DNA of 64,000 bases from Yuukianura sp. NJ FZ-2021 (taxonomy: Eukaryota): positions 620,001-684,000 of the forward strand of contig CM102288.1 of NCBI GenBank assembly GCA_046563655.1. The letters run 5' to 3'. The position numbers were made by a program, and so were the translations under genes. The notes under the pieces are model-generated. The model had not been told where the DNA came from. It made no database searches and was given only the letters and a program-made list of their open reading frames with translations. Positions 44,201 through 58,871 of the stretch are shown here, in pieces. How positions within the stretch are numbered: position 1 is the stretch's first letter; each line of letters begins with the position of its first letter.

Positions 44201-47200
44201 TTCCGAAACTGGAGCAGCAGCAATTGGTCGTGGAGCTCTTGGACTCTTGACCAGATTCTTCTTTGCAGGGATCAAAAGTCTTGGCCGAATAGTCGGAGTC
44301 ATGGCAACAGTCGGAGGAGTAGCAGCAGTTGACAAGGAAATTCCTCCTCCCGTGGACGGTGTCACTTGAATTCCTGCTGCAGCCAAAATGGATCCCAGTC
44401 CATCTTTGCGCAGAATCCCTGGAACTTGTTTTGACAGTTGAGCATCCAAATGGGCCAGCATTTGCGGAGAAATGTTGGCCGGAATTCCTTGAACTTTTAG
44501 ACACGGCCCTTCTGGTGTTTGGACTACTTGAGCAATGACTTTTGGTTTAGTAGGACTTGCGACTGGAGTCACCGGTCTTAGAATCGTCGGAAGTCGTGAT
44601 GCTGATCCAACATTTTGATTCATCGTACTAGTTTGGAGCTGAACAAACTGCGTTTTGGTAGGAGAAGATGCTGGAGCAGTTGGAATCCTCACAGATGCGA
44701 GTGGCGCTGGAGTTGAAATGGCTGTTACTTGTCGCTGCTGTAAAAGTCCCGTTAGTTGTTGCGATGTCATGATGCCCGGATGTCCAGCGGAGACTGGCGA
44801 CGTTGTCGTCGTAGTAGCAGCTGAAGTAGCAGTATTTAATGTAACTTGATTTGGCGGAGTGATACGAATTGGCGACGTCGTTTGCTGAGTTAACCTCGGT
44901 TTGGATGGTGACACAATTGAAATTGGCAACGGTGTTCGTGTTACTGCTGTAGGAGTGGATGGCGTAATCTGTCGCTGTTGTGTTGCAGTAGCCGTAGCAC
45001 GGTAATTCACTTGCGTAACCGGCGGTGTAACGCTGATTATCGTCTTTGGACTGCTGAAAGTCATTCCCACGGAGCTAGCTGGAACAACAACTCTTTGAAA
45101 TACTTGCGGATGGCCTCCTACCGGTGTAATTGTCCTTTGCTGTGTAACTGTTTGTGTTGGAGCTCGAGTCAGAAATACTTTCTGACCACCAGCAAATGTA
45201 ACCATTCTTTGCGTCAGCTGAGTTCCGGTGGCAACGTTGGTGGCAACAGTATTTTGTGGTGCCTGGACAAAAACTTGTTGTTGTTGCGGCTGTTGCTGGA
45301 GCAGAACTTGTCCTTGTAGTAATCCTTGCGGCAAAATAATTTGTTGTTGCTGTTGAACTTGCTGTTGCAGACTTGCAGTTTCTGTTCCTTTGATCACAAT
45401 TTTTCTCTCTTGCAACTGCTGTACTAAAGCTTGAACTTGTGCTTCGGTATATCCAGTAGTATTCAGCACAAATGAGCGATTCCCTTCATTATACATAATT
45501 TTACTTCCAGCAGCCATAATGGTTGGACTTTGTGTTGCTGCAACTTGTGCGACATTTTGACTTTGAATTGCTGGTGCTGGTACTCCTCCTACTGGTGTAA
45601 CCGAAATTTGCTCCTGTTGGTGTACTGGTGCTGTCGGTTGAACATGTTGCAATGGTGGTGGTTCAGCATAAGTTGATTCCAGCATTTGACTTTGTTCAGC
45701 AGTATTTTCTGGTTGAGGTGCTGGCAGCAGTTGAATAATCGGTAGTCCTGGACCCAAATGAATTTGATCTTCTCCAGCAGCATTCTTGACAATATCTTGA
45801 TGTTTCACTTCAATCGTATTTCTGCCAATTTGCAGATGAAGTGGACTCGTTTTTAGATCTTCAGCCGTTCGATTGACTCGGATCACAGTCGGAGTAACTC
45901 CTTGTTTGATAATCGCTGGTTTTCTGGGTTCAGCTGGTCTAACAAGCGCTCTTGGCGACTGATTCTGCGCAGTTGATGTCGCCGTCGCAATTGCAGTTCG
46001 AATTCCAGTATTGCTATTCATTCTCACTTGTCCTCCAGTAGCAGCTTGTCGCACGATCGGAACGGAAGTATTCGCAGACGGTATCGGCGTTAAGCCTTTC
46101 TTTTCCATAATACTTGATGCTGCCGCAGAATTCATTACATGTACATTCCCATCTGCCGTTTGATAAGCCATCTGACCAGGTAGAAGTCCACTGACCTGGA
46201 GAGCTCCATCTTCAGTCCGAATAATCTGCAGTTTCTGATTCGTCGTAGTATTAGACACTGAGACTTGTTGAGGAGTCTGCGCAGGACGAATAATTGTACT
46301 GGCCAGAGGTGTCGCCGTGGAATTGAGAAGTGAAGTATTCGAAATGTTATGACTGGATCCAACTGCCAATGGAGAAGAGATGAGAGGCTTCTTCAAAATA
46401 CCCGTTTTCGGTAACTCTTTAGCCGCCAGCACAGATGATCCTCGAATACTGCCAATTCCTGGTTTGGTAGTAAAGAACTTTCTGCCAGTCGGGGTAATCG
46501 CCTGAGTTAAAGAAATTACTTTAGTTGTTGGTGAATTTCCAGCATTTAGAGTTTGGTTTGCAGCAGCAGCAGCTTGTTGTTGAAGTAACAACTGTTGTGA
46601 GGCAGTTGGAGTTGGCGTTTTGTTTACAGTCGTGATCTTAGCATGGTTGTCCCGTTTTGAAGGATGAGCGATTCGGAGTTCTGGCTCTTCGGATTTCGGT
46701 GGTTGACTGGAAGTGATGGTGACAGGAACAAATTTTGTGATAGGCGTTGTTGCCACTGGAGTGGAGACGGGAGTCACTGTAGCTGTAACTTCTTTTTCTT
46801 TGGGTGATGGATCCCATTTCTCTGGAACTTTGAGTGCCACACCAGTTTTGGTTCGCGTTGAGCTTGACGGTGGTTCCGGCTTCTTTTCATTCTTCCTTTC
46901 CAGTTTTTCACCATAAAGTCGTATTTCCCATACTTCAAACTTCTCTTCCTCAACCCACTCTTCTTTTACTTCCGGATGAGACTGGTCAGGTGACTCGGCT
47001 CGTTTTCTCTTTCGAAGTCCAATTCTCGATGGAGTTACTTCTGCAAAACCAAAAATACAAAACGTAAATACTCAACATCAATAAAATTCTACAAAAATAT
47101 TTGCCCCAAAGTAATTAAACTAAGAAATTAAACCAAAACCAGCAATGATAGAAGAAAAAAGAATATGAAAAGTACAGAAATTAAAACCAAAATTTAAAAA

Positions 47201-50200
47201 GAAAAAAGCTGTACGAGTACGACACGACAAAGCTTAGATCCACAAACTAATCAACACTGACCAAATAAATCACAAATATTAATTAAAATGTATTAAATAT
47301 TGTTAATCACAGGTATTAATTAAAATCTTAACCTGAGTTATTAACGCTATCTCGTTTTCCTGTACAGTAGAAAAGTCAATCGGGATAAAAACAAAAACTG
47401 GATTAGTACTTCAGACAGACACGATAGCTTGGAAATGTGTTGAATTCAAAAATCAATATTTCTCATAAAACGTTTAGTTTTTCCTAAAAATCATTCTTTA
47501 CAAAAGAAATTCTTACCTCTGATAGTTTTCGGAGCATCAATTGGAACAATGTGACGACGACGGAGATACTGAAACGCTTCTTGAAATCGACCAACAATTC
47601 GGTGATTCAAAATTTCACTCGTAATTACTTCCATGTCCGTCGTAATTTGACTTTTTCCTTCTGGATTCAGCGGCTTCATCTATCATTCATCAAACAAAAA
47701 TCAAAAATTCATTACAAAATCACTTCAATTTCCTAACTCTTTTTTTTCAAAACGTATTTTTTTTAGAATTCTCTCACCTGAATATCATCCCATCGTACAC
47801 ATGCATACAAAATCCGCAACTGGAGTGCTGCCGCGTGCAGACTTGTCGCTTGCACAGCCGTTCTGTACTGCCAAGTAGTTCTGAACAACGGTTTTCCTGA
47901 TGGATAAGGCCATAACCAAGCATTCGGTTTAGGATTTGCCGTAAATCCTAACGGAATCAACTTCCTCGCTCCTGATCTTGCCAATTGATTGAGGTCATGC
48001 TGCGGCAGCACAAGGATACTTGGCTTCTTGCTTCTATGATAAACAAACTTCGGTGAAGGCGGATACTTGACTATCAGCTGATTATCGTTCTTCATCTCTT
48101 CCGGAAGTTTCTTCAGTTTCACTTTCTCACTCGTAGAGGCTTGATTGTAGCATCTTCTATCCAGAATTTCCTTCCTCGCTCTCTTTCTCTTTTCAAACTC
48201 AATTTGTCTCTCCCTCTCAACTTTTCTTCTTCTGGAATTCATGATGACTGCTTTGAGACGACACATCGGTGAGTAGCAAATACTTTCATAGTTCATTTTT
48301 CCTTCTTTAGCAGCTTTTTGGCACTCGTAGGAAAAGCAACTGAGAGAATATCCTCCTCCAAGTGGAAATCCCGCATCAACTTTAATTACAATCGGAGACT
48401 TGTCTAGTTCAGGCGGTGGTCCATTTGCAGCTTCCACCGCTGCAGCACCAAAGTCTTTCAGAAGTTCCTTCTCTTCTAACTCTTGAAGCAGAACACGTCG
48501 AGCCAATAGTGAATCCAGCACTGGAATCTCCCGAGCAATCTTCGGATACAAAATTCGATTAGCCGAAACGATTCCAAGCGAAACGTTGATCAGTTCGGTT
48601 CGGAACTTTTTAGGCGACGAAGCATCTTGTTTTTCGGTTTTAGTTTCAGCAGATTCTTGGTGCTGTTTAGCTCCTGGCGTCTTTGGTGCAGATTGGACCG
48701 TTTCAGCGATTTCAGTATTCGACGACTGTGTTGGTTCTTCTCTTCCAGCAACGACATCGTCTAACAAGTTGTTCATGACCGCCTTTACATCTTCTTCTGT
48801 ACTGTCAGCATTCTTGGACTCAACTTTTGGAGTCGCCTCGACCTTCTTCTGCTCCAGCGAATCAGCGCGTTTAGCCATCAGTTTCGTGTAAACTTCTGGT
48901 AAGATCAGCATCGTCTTGACTTTTCCAGCAGTTCCTTTGAACTGAATGACATGCTTGTAAGGTCCAGCCATTAAACCCATTTTACTAGAATCTTTGGGTT
49001 TTGCTGGACGATGATTTGACAACCAAATCCAACCGTAGTGTCCATGAAGTCTAAATTCTTCTCCCTTTTGCTTCCATACCTAAGAAAAGTTTCAATTTAG
49101 TTAAAATGAACAAATTACAAAACAAAAATTAACAAACTACTACAGAAAAATTAATTAATCTTAAGAAAAATTAATTAAACTTACCATATGCTTAGGAGGG
49201 ATCGTATATTTCACAAATTGTGGAAAATTTTTAAGCCTTTCTTCCTCATCATCTCGAAACTTTTTGTCTCTTTTCTCATTCTTTTTTCTGATTTCCTTGT
49301 CCAGTAACGTCGTTCTGAGCAGCGTCACATGTCCAACACCTTCAGCCCAAACAGGATTGAAAATTGACGGTCTCAGCCCAGCAGTAAATGTTGCCAATGC
49401 CTTTGAAAATTCTTTAGCATCAGAAGATCCAGTGACAGCCGAAATCCAGCTTTTTCTTAGCAAATTCCAATTACAATGCATGAGAGTGACTGGAATTGCA
49501 ACTTCCATGTTCAGCAGCGTCTGTCGAATAGTGGACAAAATACTGGTGCGAAGTCCTTGCGTCACACCGGACCATTTGCATTCTGATGCTGGCGTAAGTG
49601 AGAACTTGTGGCTCATGACACGGCGCTTATCACGCTCATCTGCATGTTGGACTTTACTCAACGCAAGGACATCCGTTGTGTAACTGTTGACATAAGTTCG
49701 GAAACTTCCTTCTTGACCCAGTTTGTAAAATCCAGTTGAGCGGAGACGGGTCATTCTCTCTTCAGAATCAACTTCAAGATTTAGCGATTTGGACTTGGCA
49801 GCGATTTTCGGAAGAATGGAAGTCTTCACCAAAGGTTCAAGATCTTTCGGTTCCAATTTTACTTCCTCTGCATTGATTTTTACATCCTCCGTTTTGACTT
49901 CCTCTACTTTGACGTCTGTATTCATATCAACTTCTTCTGACTTCACTTCAATTTCTTGATCCACTTCCATTTTTTGTTCTGTTTCATCTCCTTCTGGTTC
50001 CAGTTGAGGTGGAGGTTCATCTATTCTTTGTGTTTCTGCTTCATTGAAGTTGTACTCTTCTTCTTTCACTTCCGCATCACCGTTCTCCAATATTGGCGAA
50101 TTTGTTTCCAAATCCTCAGGTTTGGAATCCTCCGAGTTTTCATCTTTTGTCCCAACGTCATCGGGTTCCTATAATCCAAAAAAATCGTTCTAAATAGTAA

Positions 50201-52716
50201 AAAGTGTTTTCATTCTATAGTTCATAAAAAATACAATGAAAAATTGTCACTCACCGTAAAACTGTCTTTGCTCTCGTCATTCAATAGAAATTGCTCAAGA
50301 GATTCATCCATGTCCACAATTTTGCCCAATCTTTGCTTCAATTTGACTTGGTTTCTTTTGGCTAATCGCTGCTCCCTGATTTTCTTCTTCTCTTCTTCTT
50401 TCTTCAATCGCACTTCTTCCTCTGCACGCTGTTTCTCCTCCAGTTCCTTCTTGATCGCTAATCTCGCTTCCTCTTCTATCCGAGTTTTCTCAGCAAGTTC
50501 CTGAGCTCTTATTAGTTCTCTCTCTTCATGTATTTTTGTCAGAAACGCTAAACAAACAATAAAAACCGGTTATAACCATGAAGCTAAAGCACAAAAATCA
50601 AAGTCATCTTGAGATTTGAAGTCATGTTAATTACCATTTTCAGCGTCCAAGTATGTTTTCCTATGATTTGTGTTCATTTTAGCAGTTATAGACTCTGTAA
50701 CTCCCATTTGCCGAAATATTTCTTCCTTATGAAATAAAATATTTTCTACGAGTGTCTTCTCATAATTTTCACCATCTAATCGAAATAGGAGTTCTTCCAC
50801 TTGAAGTCGGGTGGAGTAGTACCAAACTTCAGACTTATCTTCACTTTCACTAAAATATTAAACAATTCAATAACAATTTTACATTTCTCATTTGAAAAGT
50901 GAAAATTTTGAACACTTACACAATAATCCGACGTACTAGGAACCAATACTTTCGACCATGTCGGTCACATCCTAAAGTTTCGTGACGAAGAAGAAGACCA
51001 GCCTTCTCAATTTCCGAAACGCAATCGGTCACACCAAGCAGCTAAAATTCAAAAATTCAACCCCAATTTAAGTAAATTCAAAAATTGAAACACAATTTTA
51101 GTAAACTCGAAATCACATATGACATTATGACATGACATCGATCTTGTTTTATCTTTAGGTAAATTCCTAATCTAACCTCATGGCGTTCACAAACTGGACA
51201 TTTCCAATCATCCGGTGGATCTTCATCATTTGATTTGAGTGCAATACAAGCCAAATGATAGACAGCAGGGCATGTTTCACAGCAAATGAGTTCTCCCAGC
51301 CGATTACAAGCACGACAGTGATCTTCATGGACAATTTCTCCTTCTTTCGTCAAAAGTGCTCTGACGCTGCTACCCACCATGAAAGCATCAATGAGCCAAC
51401 CCAGCACTTGGACACGGACTTCTGGTCCACAAAATGGATACTCCACGGAAGTCAATACTTTGTAAATATCCACCCATGTTGGATCACTCTCCATAAAAAC
51501 ACGAAGAGATTCAGCCCATGTCATGCTGTCAGCGAAAAACAGAACTGATTGGATTGAGTCTTTGCATTCATTCGGACCATAACACGTTCCTACGGCTTCA
51601 TCTTCTCTGATCAATGCCTGAAAAAAAAACACTTTTACTTTCGATACACAAAGGAATGAATTAAAATTTAGGTAGGTTGTGATTAAATCTTACCTTGAGA
51701 AGTTGAATGTGAATCTCAGCCAGTAGACTGCTTTGCTCTTCCGAAACCAAAGCAGCACAAAAATCTTCAAACCGAAAAGGAGTGAGTCTGATTAGATTGG
51801 AGAATCGACGAATAGGCTCGTAAATAGCAATGGCATCAACAAGTAAACTTCGAGTCAACAGTAAATCATCTGATGACCGTGGAATCTCCAATTCTTCAAC
51901 AGTTGTATCCGAATCTAACCAAATCGGTACAGGTATAGGTAGGCCAAGGGATCCTGTAGGTCCAATTGAAACTTCAGAAGAATCACTGTCCATCGGTTCT
52001 TCGTCTGTACAAAAATAGAGCATGTTGATTAGTACTTTTGTTTCGAATCTCAAATCGAACTATTTAGTCCGATTTGAAATGTGGAAAATGAATAATTTAC
52101 TTTGCATTTCATCTTCTGCAGCCTCCTCGTAATCCGATTCAGAAGCAACAGCTTCATCCAATTCAGATTCGGCTTGATCCGATTCGAAATCCGAACCGTA
52201 GTGATAATCATTCGTACCGTAGCCCCTTCTTTTCTTCCTGCCCCTAACATTTGAGGTGCTTCTACGATCATTACGATGTGCTACACATTCAGGACGTCCC
52301 TTCATCGCAGTCCATGTACTACTAGAAGAGTTGCCAGAAGTTGAAGTTCGTTTTCTCAACGTCAGAGTCGGAATGGCATTAGGAGTGTCTGAATTCCGAC
52401 TGCTTCCACTACTTCCCCCACGACCTCTGCCGCCTCGTCCTCGGCCATTGCCACGACCCCTTGGAGTTCCTGGAGTAGATCTGTTTTTGGTGACACTTCC
52501 AAAGGGCCTTCCAGGTTTTCTGCGTGGAGGTGGAGTACTTGTACTTGGAGTGTCATTGGAAGCATCGTCGGCAGAGTCATCGGGAGTGGCATTATTGCTT
52601 CGGCCGACAGAGTAAGTTGGTTTTCTATAAGGATTTGAAGTCGACGGAGTAGCAGTACTGTATACGGATGATCTTGTTCGCCGTGGACGTCCACTGTTAT
52701 AAAGCTCCTCGCTCAT
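41241..52716 (-). CDS. BPTF: Nucleosome-remodelling factor subunit NURF301 / BPTF
   Basis: AT-hook-like KPGRP/RGRG, DDT (IYEPIRRFSNLIRLTPFRFEDFCAAL), PHD1 (HCRACNRLGELICCETCPAVYHLAC), FKLGQEG..YVNSY, long Q/T/P-rich exon, two C-terminal PHD fingers and a bromodomain (IFENCRYFN). Confidence 0.96.
44100..44198. repeat. 30-bp coding tandem repeat x3 in NURF301 (NTAEIGSIQQ)
   Basis: GTATTTTGCTGGATACTTCCAATTTCTGCA repeated almost perfectly three times. Confidence 0.9.
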
Positions 52717-54785
52717 ATTTCTGAAATAAGAAAATACGAAATTCAGTTGTCTTGAATCACAATTTCTCTACGGTTGACGCAACTTTGTAAACATAGATTA
52801 CGTAAGCCGAACCTGTCCATGTCTAGTCCATTACCTTGTAAACAAACGAGCTTTCCATGTGCTTTTTACCCCTCGCCCCCAATAACATTGTACATTTACT
52901 TACGTTTATACGTCCATTCTCCCCACCCAAATTCAAATTTAACTTAGCGGGAATACCGACAACTAACATTTAATTTCCAAATGACAACTAAAACAACTGA
53001 CAGACTATAGACTTGACTTGACTCTGAGAATACCGAATAATCTAGAACTAGATAGTTATAAAGTAACGTTAACGTATAAGTTCATGTCATCAGTAATAAC
53101 ATCAACATAGCTTTAGTTTTCACATTAGTTGATAGACTTATGACTTGGTTCAATTAAAACCGGACCTGACCTGGGCCTCAGTAATCATAACTGGTAAGTA
53201 AAAGAGAGTTGGATTACCGATTGTGATGATATGACGGTGTTTATGGCGGGTATTCGGTGTTAGACGGTGCGGCGGCGTCCCATTGGGTTCGACGACCTTG
53301 TGTACTGCGTTGGAGGTTACTCTACTAACCAACTTTTCACTTTTTAAATCGTGTTGATGAATTTTCTTTCTTTTCCAATCGGGAGAAAAGGATGACTTGG
53401 TTCAATTTCCCTGGAGTGAAAGATTGGAGAGATACAATGATGGCAGGCAAAGGGCCGTTGTTTTTTTTCTCGTCTGTCCCTGTGTTGTGTGGTGGAAGGT
53501 GGTTGGTCGTGTGACGACGAGGAGGGAGAGGGAGGGGGAGGAAAACGAGGGGAAAACGACGCTACCATGAGGGGAGATTTGACCCGCAAAGTTTAAAAAT
53601 TCAAAAGTTTATAATTGGAATAATTTCGATTATTAATTTCTTTTTTTAAGTTATATGATAACTCTAACAATATATCTTATTGCTTTCATACTTTTGAAAC
53701 AATAGTAAAAAGTAATGTATAAAAAATTGTCAGGTACTATTTATAATTTTAATTTCAAGGAAAAATAAATACTATACTACGAATGCAATGTTGGTTTAAA
53801 TATTATAAAATGAAAACTCGTGTTTCCTAACTTCAAGTGGTTCCATTTTTGAATTTCACATGAACGCCCAAATGAAACCCACCAAAACATGATCCCACCA
53901 TTCGTGGCAACATTTGTTGTAAGCCCAAGGCGGCAGCAGCTCTTGTGAAAAAGATTTCGAGAGTTTTAGAATAGAAATGTCGGAAAAAGTAAAACAGTCG
54001 TGCATTTTAACTTCAAGTGTTATTTTGGTAGTTTGCAAGTGATGCACCCTCATAGTATGTTGAGGGTTCATGCGACGGTGACGGTACAAAGCGCCTTCAA
54101 CCAATGGCAACAACGGTAGAAAATCAGAGTCGTCGCGTCTCCCTCTCCCTTCGTCTCTTGTTTTTCCACGCCTCCCCCTCCATATCGCCAACTCCCGTTA
54201 GCACCACTTCATCAAAATGATAACACCACAACAAACTCAAAAACTTACCGTATTTTTCCAATGCTCTCTGCATGTGAATCCTATTGTAAAGAATAAGACT
54301 AGCACTAGGCGTATGTATGGTCCACACAGTATTGCATGCCAAATGGCGTGTAGTCTAGAAATTCCAAACGTTATCTAAATTAAAATTCCTCAACCACTTT
54401 CTCTGCTGGGCGTTCTAAAATTAAATTTAAAACAGGTTCCGTAGAGTTTACCGTTTTAAAAAGAGAAAGCAAAGAGAAAGGAAGTGAAAGTTTAACATGA
54501 TTCAGCGTAAAGACGGCATCCGAGGAAAAATGGGTAAACGAATGCATAAAAACGGGAATTAACTCCTTTTTGCAAACTACTATGTATAAAAACGTTATAT
54601 TTTAAAAATGTAAGTGTTTTTCTTATTACTAATTAATTATGGCGATACAATCTTTAAACTCTCTTCTAAATGTGTATCACAATTCGTTACGTGTTTGTAT
54701 ACAAGGAACTAAAAAGTGGAGTCATGTTGATTTAGTGCTGGAAATTGATCCTCTCAGTTGCATAAAAGCAACGAAACGACTATAT

Positions 54786-56220
54786 TCAGCGACTGGTTGT
54801 GGCTGCAGGGTGACGACGGAAAGCGCCCAAGCCGGAACTGGAACGTCCAACTCCGGTGTCTGGATTTGGTCCAGGAAGAGTAGAAGTGAAGCTGCTGGAA
54901 TTTACTGCAAAAACTTCAGCAAGTCGCTTTTGCTGCAAAATAGGCGCTTCTTGTTTGTTGGCTAAAAAGTAAGCCAGGAGGTAGAACGTTAATGGGACGA
55001 GAGCTATGAGGCCAATTCCAACTTGGAGTGAAACTGGAACTCCTTGACGCTTTACGCATCCTCGGTCACTCCAAGTAAATCGTGTGATGTTCATCTACAA
55101 AATACAATGGTTATATGAAACGAAGAAGAAAAATTAATTAGTTAACAAGAAATATTCCAAATGTTGAATACCGTGTCAACAATATCCATGCAAACAGCAT
55201 CACCGCAGCTTTCCTCAATTTGAATGTACGTGTCAGTTAAATTGTTGTAATCCTCCAGACATTCAACACAAGTTAGATTTTCTGTTTCCCCAGTATGATC
55301 TTGAAAGCACTTTCTAGTTTGACGAAAATACTTGTCAAAAGTGAGTGTTTGTTCTGTTGGAATGTTGGTAATTGTTCCGTTCGCGTCCCGTTTGAAACAA
55401 GCTGTTTAAAAAAAGTCGGTAGGAAGTGACATAATCGATGGAGTTGTAGATAAATATTTCTGTTACAACTTACAATTACAATTCGCCTTCCCCCAGAGGT
55501 AGTGAACATATTTGTAGGCCTCGCTTACGATTTGCAGTCGATCGAGATTAACAAAATAGTCTCCGCAAATATTTCCTTCCTCGTCAATCGTCGCTTCAAA
55601 AACGTTATGAGCTGCCCGTACATTAAGATATTCTCCGACGCATTTTTCACCTGTGGGTTTAAACAAATCAATCAACAGAGTAATACTTATGTTTAACTGC
55701 ATAGTTATTTGTTAATTTCTCTCACATAAGTGAATAGGTCGAGCATTCCTGACCGAGCAAAGCGTATAATTGCTGATGGCCCAACCCACGTCCTGAATCA
55801 TGCGAAATCCAAACCATAGAAATCGTTGTAGTCATGCCTCATGCGCCTTTACTTAATTTCTTACTATTACTTTGAAATTCTTTACCTCCACAATTGTTTG
55901 GCATGTGGGACTTGGGGTTCCAGTGGTATCTGGACTGTCTGTGTCTGGATCCACCACTTCGCTGCTGTTCGAGTGGCCATCAGGTCCCGTGGCTTCCAAT
56001 ATTGTGTTCGTTGACCCCCAGCCATCTTGGAGGGCAGTTGCTCCATACCTAATTAGTTTACAAAGCCAAATTAGAAATTAACAAAGTTCGGCCCCACCCG
56101 AAAACACAATGAAGAGAAAGTGGGTGGATAAGGATAAGTGACTCACGGTAGCAAAAATATGATCCACAGCAGTGACCTCATCTTCAACTTCAGAAAATGT
56201 AGATGTCTTAATAATTCCAT
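54786..56220 (-). CDS. OSTM1: Osteopetrosis-associated transmembrane protein 1 (ClC-7 beta subunit)
   Basis: Signal peptide MRSLLWIIFLLPYGATA; CSVRNARPIHLCEKC, LDRLQIV..WGKANC, CMDIVDTMNITRFTWS, single TM ending VPLTFYL, tail ILQQKRL. These match the OSTM1 motif pattern. Confidence 0.9.
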
Positions 56221-56649
56221 CACACCATACTATTCCTTACGAACTACAACAACAATGTTGGTTGATTTTTAAAAATTTAGAACAGCAGTTTGTTTACGGT
56301 ACTTTCTGGATTTCTGCGATAAGAAAAGATAAGAAAGCACATTTCAGATCAGCTGATTCATTGTTTTGTTGTGTTTTTATATGCAAATTTCAAATTTTCC
56401 GCCCCAATTTCTGAAAGTGAAAAGTTTGAATATAAAGGCGGGAATCCAATTGGAATTTCAATTGAATTGTGCGAGCTGGAAATCAAATCAACTGAATGAA
56501 AGCCGTCGTTGGAAGAACTTTGTCGTGTTTTGTAATTTAGTTAATTGACATATTAATTAGACAATCCAATTAAGCATAAATTAAAACATCAATTACTAGA
56601 TGCATTGAAGAAGAACTCTACCGAAAGCAGTACGCAAGTCAAGTCGAAA

Positions 56650-58716
56650 ATGGCACTTTCGTCGGTTCAAAATCAAATTCAGAAGATGTCAATTCTAGGA
56701 CAGCTGAAATTCTCCAGAAATTTTTTGGCTGGACGTATCTTATCGCCGTTTCCAGCAGGGTACTTTGTTGATGTCAATGTACCGAGAAGACATTACTTCA
56801 ATCGTAACCTTCTGACGTTGAGAAATCGTGGCCTCATATCCGACATCTTTCCGGACAACAACCAGCAATTCATTGATCTCTGTAACTCGGGGCCACAAGT
56901 GATGTATGCCGGGTTTGATCCAACAGCGGACAGTCTCCATGTTGGGAATTTAGCTATCATAATGGTGTTACTACAAGCTCAACGCGCCGGGCATTCCCCA
57001 ATAGTCTTGGTAATTGAAATTAAATCAAACATTTACGGATTTCTGTTGTATCGAATTTGGGAAAACTGATTTAGTGTTACTTTTATTTAGATTGGAGAAG
57101 CGACTGGAAGGATTGGCGATCCCAGTTTCAAATCTACTGAACGACCAGAGCTTGACCCAGCCGTAGTTGCTTCAAATACTGAAAAAATTATCAAGAACGT
57201 TAAATCGATTTTTACTAACCACGCCAATTCGTTTTGGGATGACAAGAAGGGTGCTGAGACTCTCCCTCCCGTGAGGTAAATTTCAACAATTTAAGATACT
57301 GGATAAAATTGTGTAAATTTTCACATATAAAAATTCAAGTTCACTGCGTAACTGAAATTCCAGAATCGTTAACAATTTAGAATGGTACAAGGACTTGAAT
57401 GCGCTGGATCTCATTGGAAAAATCGGACGCCATTTCCGTCTAGGTCAAATGTTAGGAAGACAGTCCGTTGCCTCTCGTCTCGTCATCGATGCACCAATCA
57501 GTTACACAGAATTTTCATACCAAGTCTTCCAAGGATACGACTGGCTCCATCTTTTCAGAACATTCGGCTGTAAATTCCAAATCGGAGGACATGATCAAAT
57601 GGGCAACATCGTCTCTGGACATGACATCATCAGCCGAATCGAACACAAACAAGTTTTTGGTAAACTGACAGCGCATTTTAGAATTCATTCGTAGTGAGTG
57701 AAATATAATATTAACATTAAGTATTTCTCTTGTTTCTTAGGTATGACAGTTCCACTAATTACATCTGAGACTGGAAACAAGTACGGAAAAACCGCTGGAA
57801 ATGCAATATGGCTCGGTCAGTTTTAGTTAGTCACTGCTTTTGTGTTAAGTCAGTCAATTTGATAATCTATTTTGTTTCAGATCCAGCGAAAACGTCTCCG
57901 TTTGAACTGTACCAATTTTTCATCAGAAGTAAAGATTCAGAGGTGGAGAATCTTCTGAAGATTTTTACATTCTTGCAAGAAGCTGAAATCAGCGCCATCA
58001 TGAAAAAACAGCAGGTAGAGGTAACATTAACATTTACTCTAAAAAAACAAAAGCGATTTTCTAAAAACGAATCATTTGGTACCAGGCAAACCCAGAAGCG
58101 AGGACAGCTCAGAAGCACTTGGCCAGAAACGTTACTTTACTCGTCCATGGCGGTAAGTTTTCTCAGAATTTCAGTTTTACTGAACTAATTTTAACAACAC
58201 CATAAAATACACTTACGATTAGTTTTTGTGTTTTTTTTTATTTCAGAAAGTGGCCTTTCCAGTGCCGAAAAAGCTACAGCGGCCCTTTATTCTGAAAACT
58301 TAGAAGCCCTTGCTTCACTCTCCGCTGCTGAAATTGTCAACGTTTTCAAAAGTCCCGGTGGAACCATCGGCACGTCCGAAGTTACAATGGAACCCGGCAC
58401 GACCATTTTGGACATGGCAGTCAAAGCGGGCTGTTTTCAATCAAAAAGTGAGCTAACTTCTCAAACACTTTTTTTTTCAATTTCGATTTGTTTTTTGGAT
58501 TTTTCGTTCGAAATCACTATTCAACTGAACATTTTTTTGTTGCAACTCGTAGATGACGCCATGAGAATAATTTCAGCCGGTGGATTTTGGCTCAACTACC
58601 AACGTGTTTCCAATTTTGAAGAAATTATTGTACCGGGTATTCACATTCTACCAAATGAACTAACGTTAGCTCGTGTAGGTAAGAAGAACTACTACTTAAT
58701 CAAATGGAGTCGCTAG
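56650..58716 (+). CDS. YARS2: Mitochondrial tyrosyl-tRNA synthetase
   Basis: Presequence-like N-terminus; [15 protein letters not shown] (HIGH), [47 protein letters not shown] (KMSKS equivalent), C-terminal RVGKKNYY. Confidence 0.96.
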
Positions 58717-58871
58717 ATTTTTAAATTTAAAACAGCATTTTCAATAACTTTGTAAGAAATACATGACATTGTGCTTTAGCACATTTTGGAATCAAGTTTT
58801 TAGAAGTTTCTCAAAATGTTTTTTAAATTAATTTGTTTTCTTGTTTTTAGTTTTTAAAACTTTTTGAGTTT

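Noticed and set aside
43914..52694. Numerous antisense or alternative-frame ORFs (e.g. 43914-44369, 49264-49683, 52256-52615)
   Set aside because: Shadows of long NURF301 exons, with no independent motifs or splice structure.
53150..54400. Short ORFs upstream of NURF301
   Set aside because: Low-complexity purine/pyrimidine-rich promoter or 5' UTR-like DNA without coherent coding signal.
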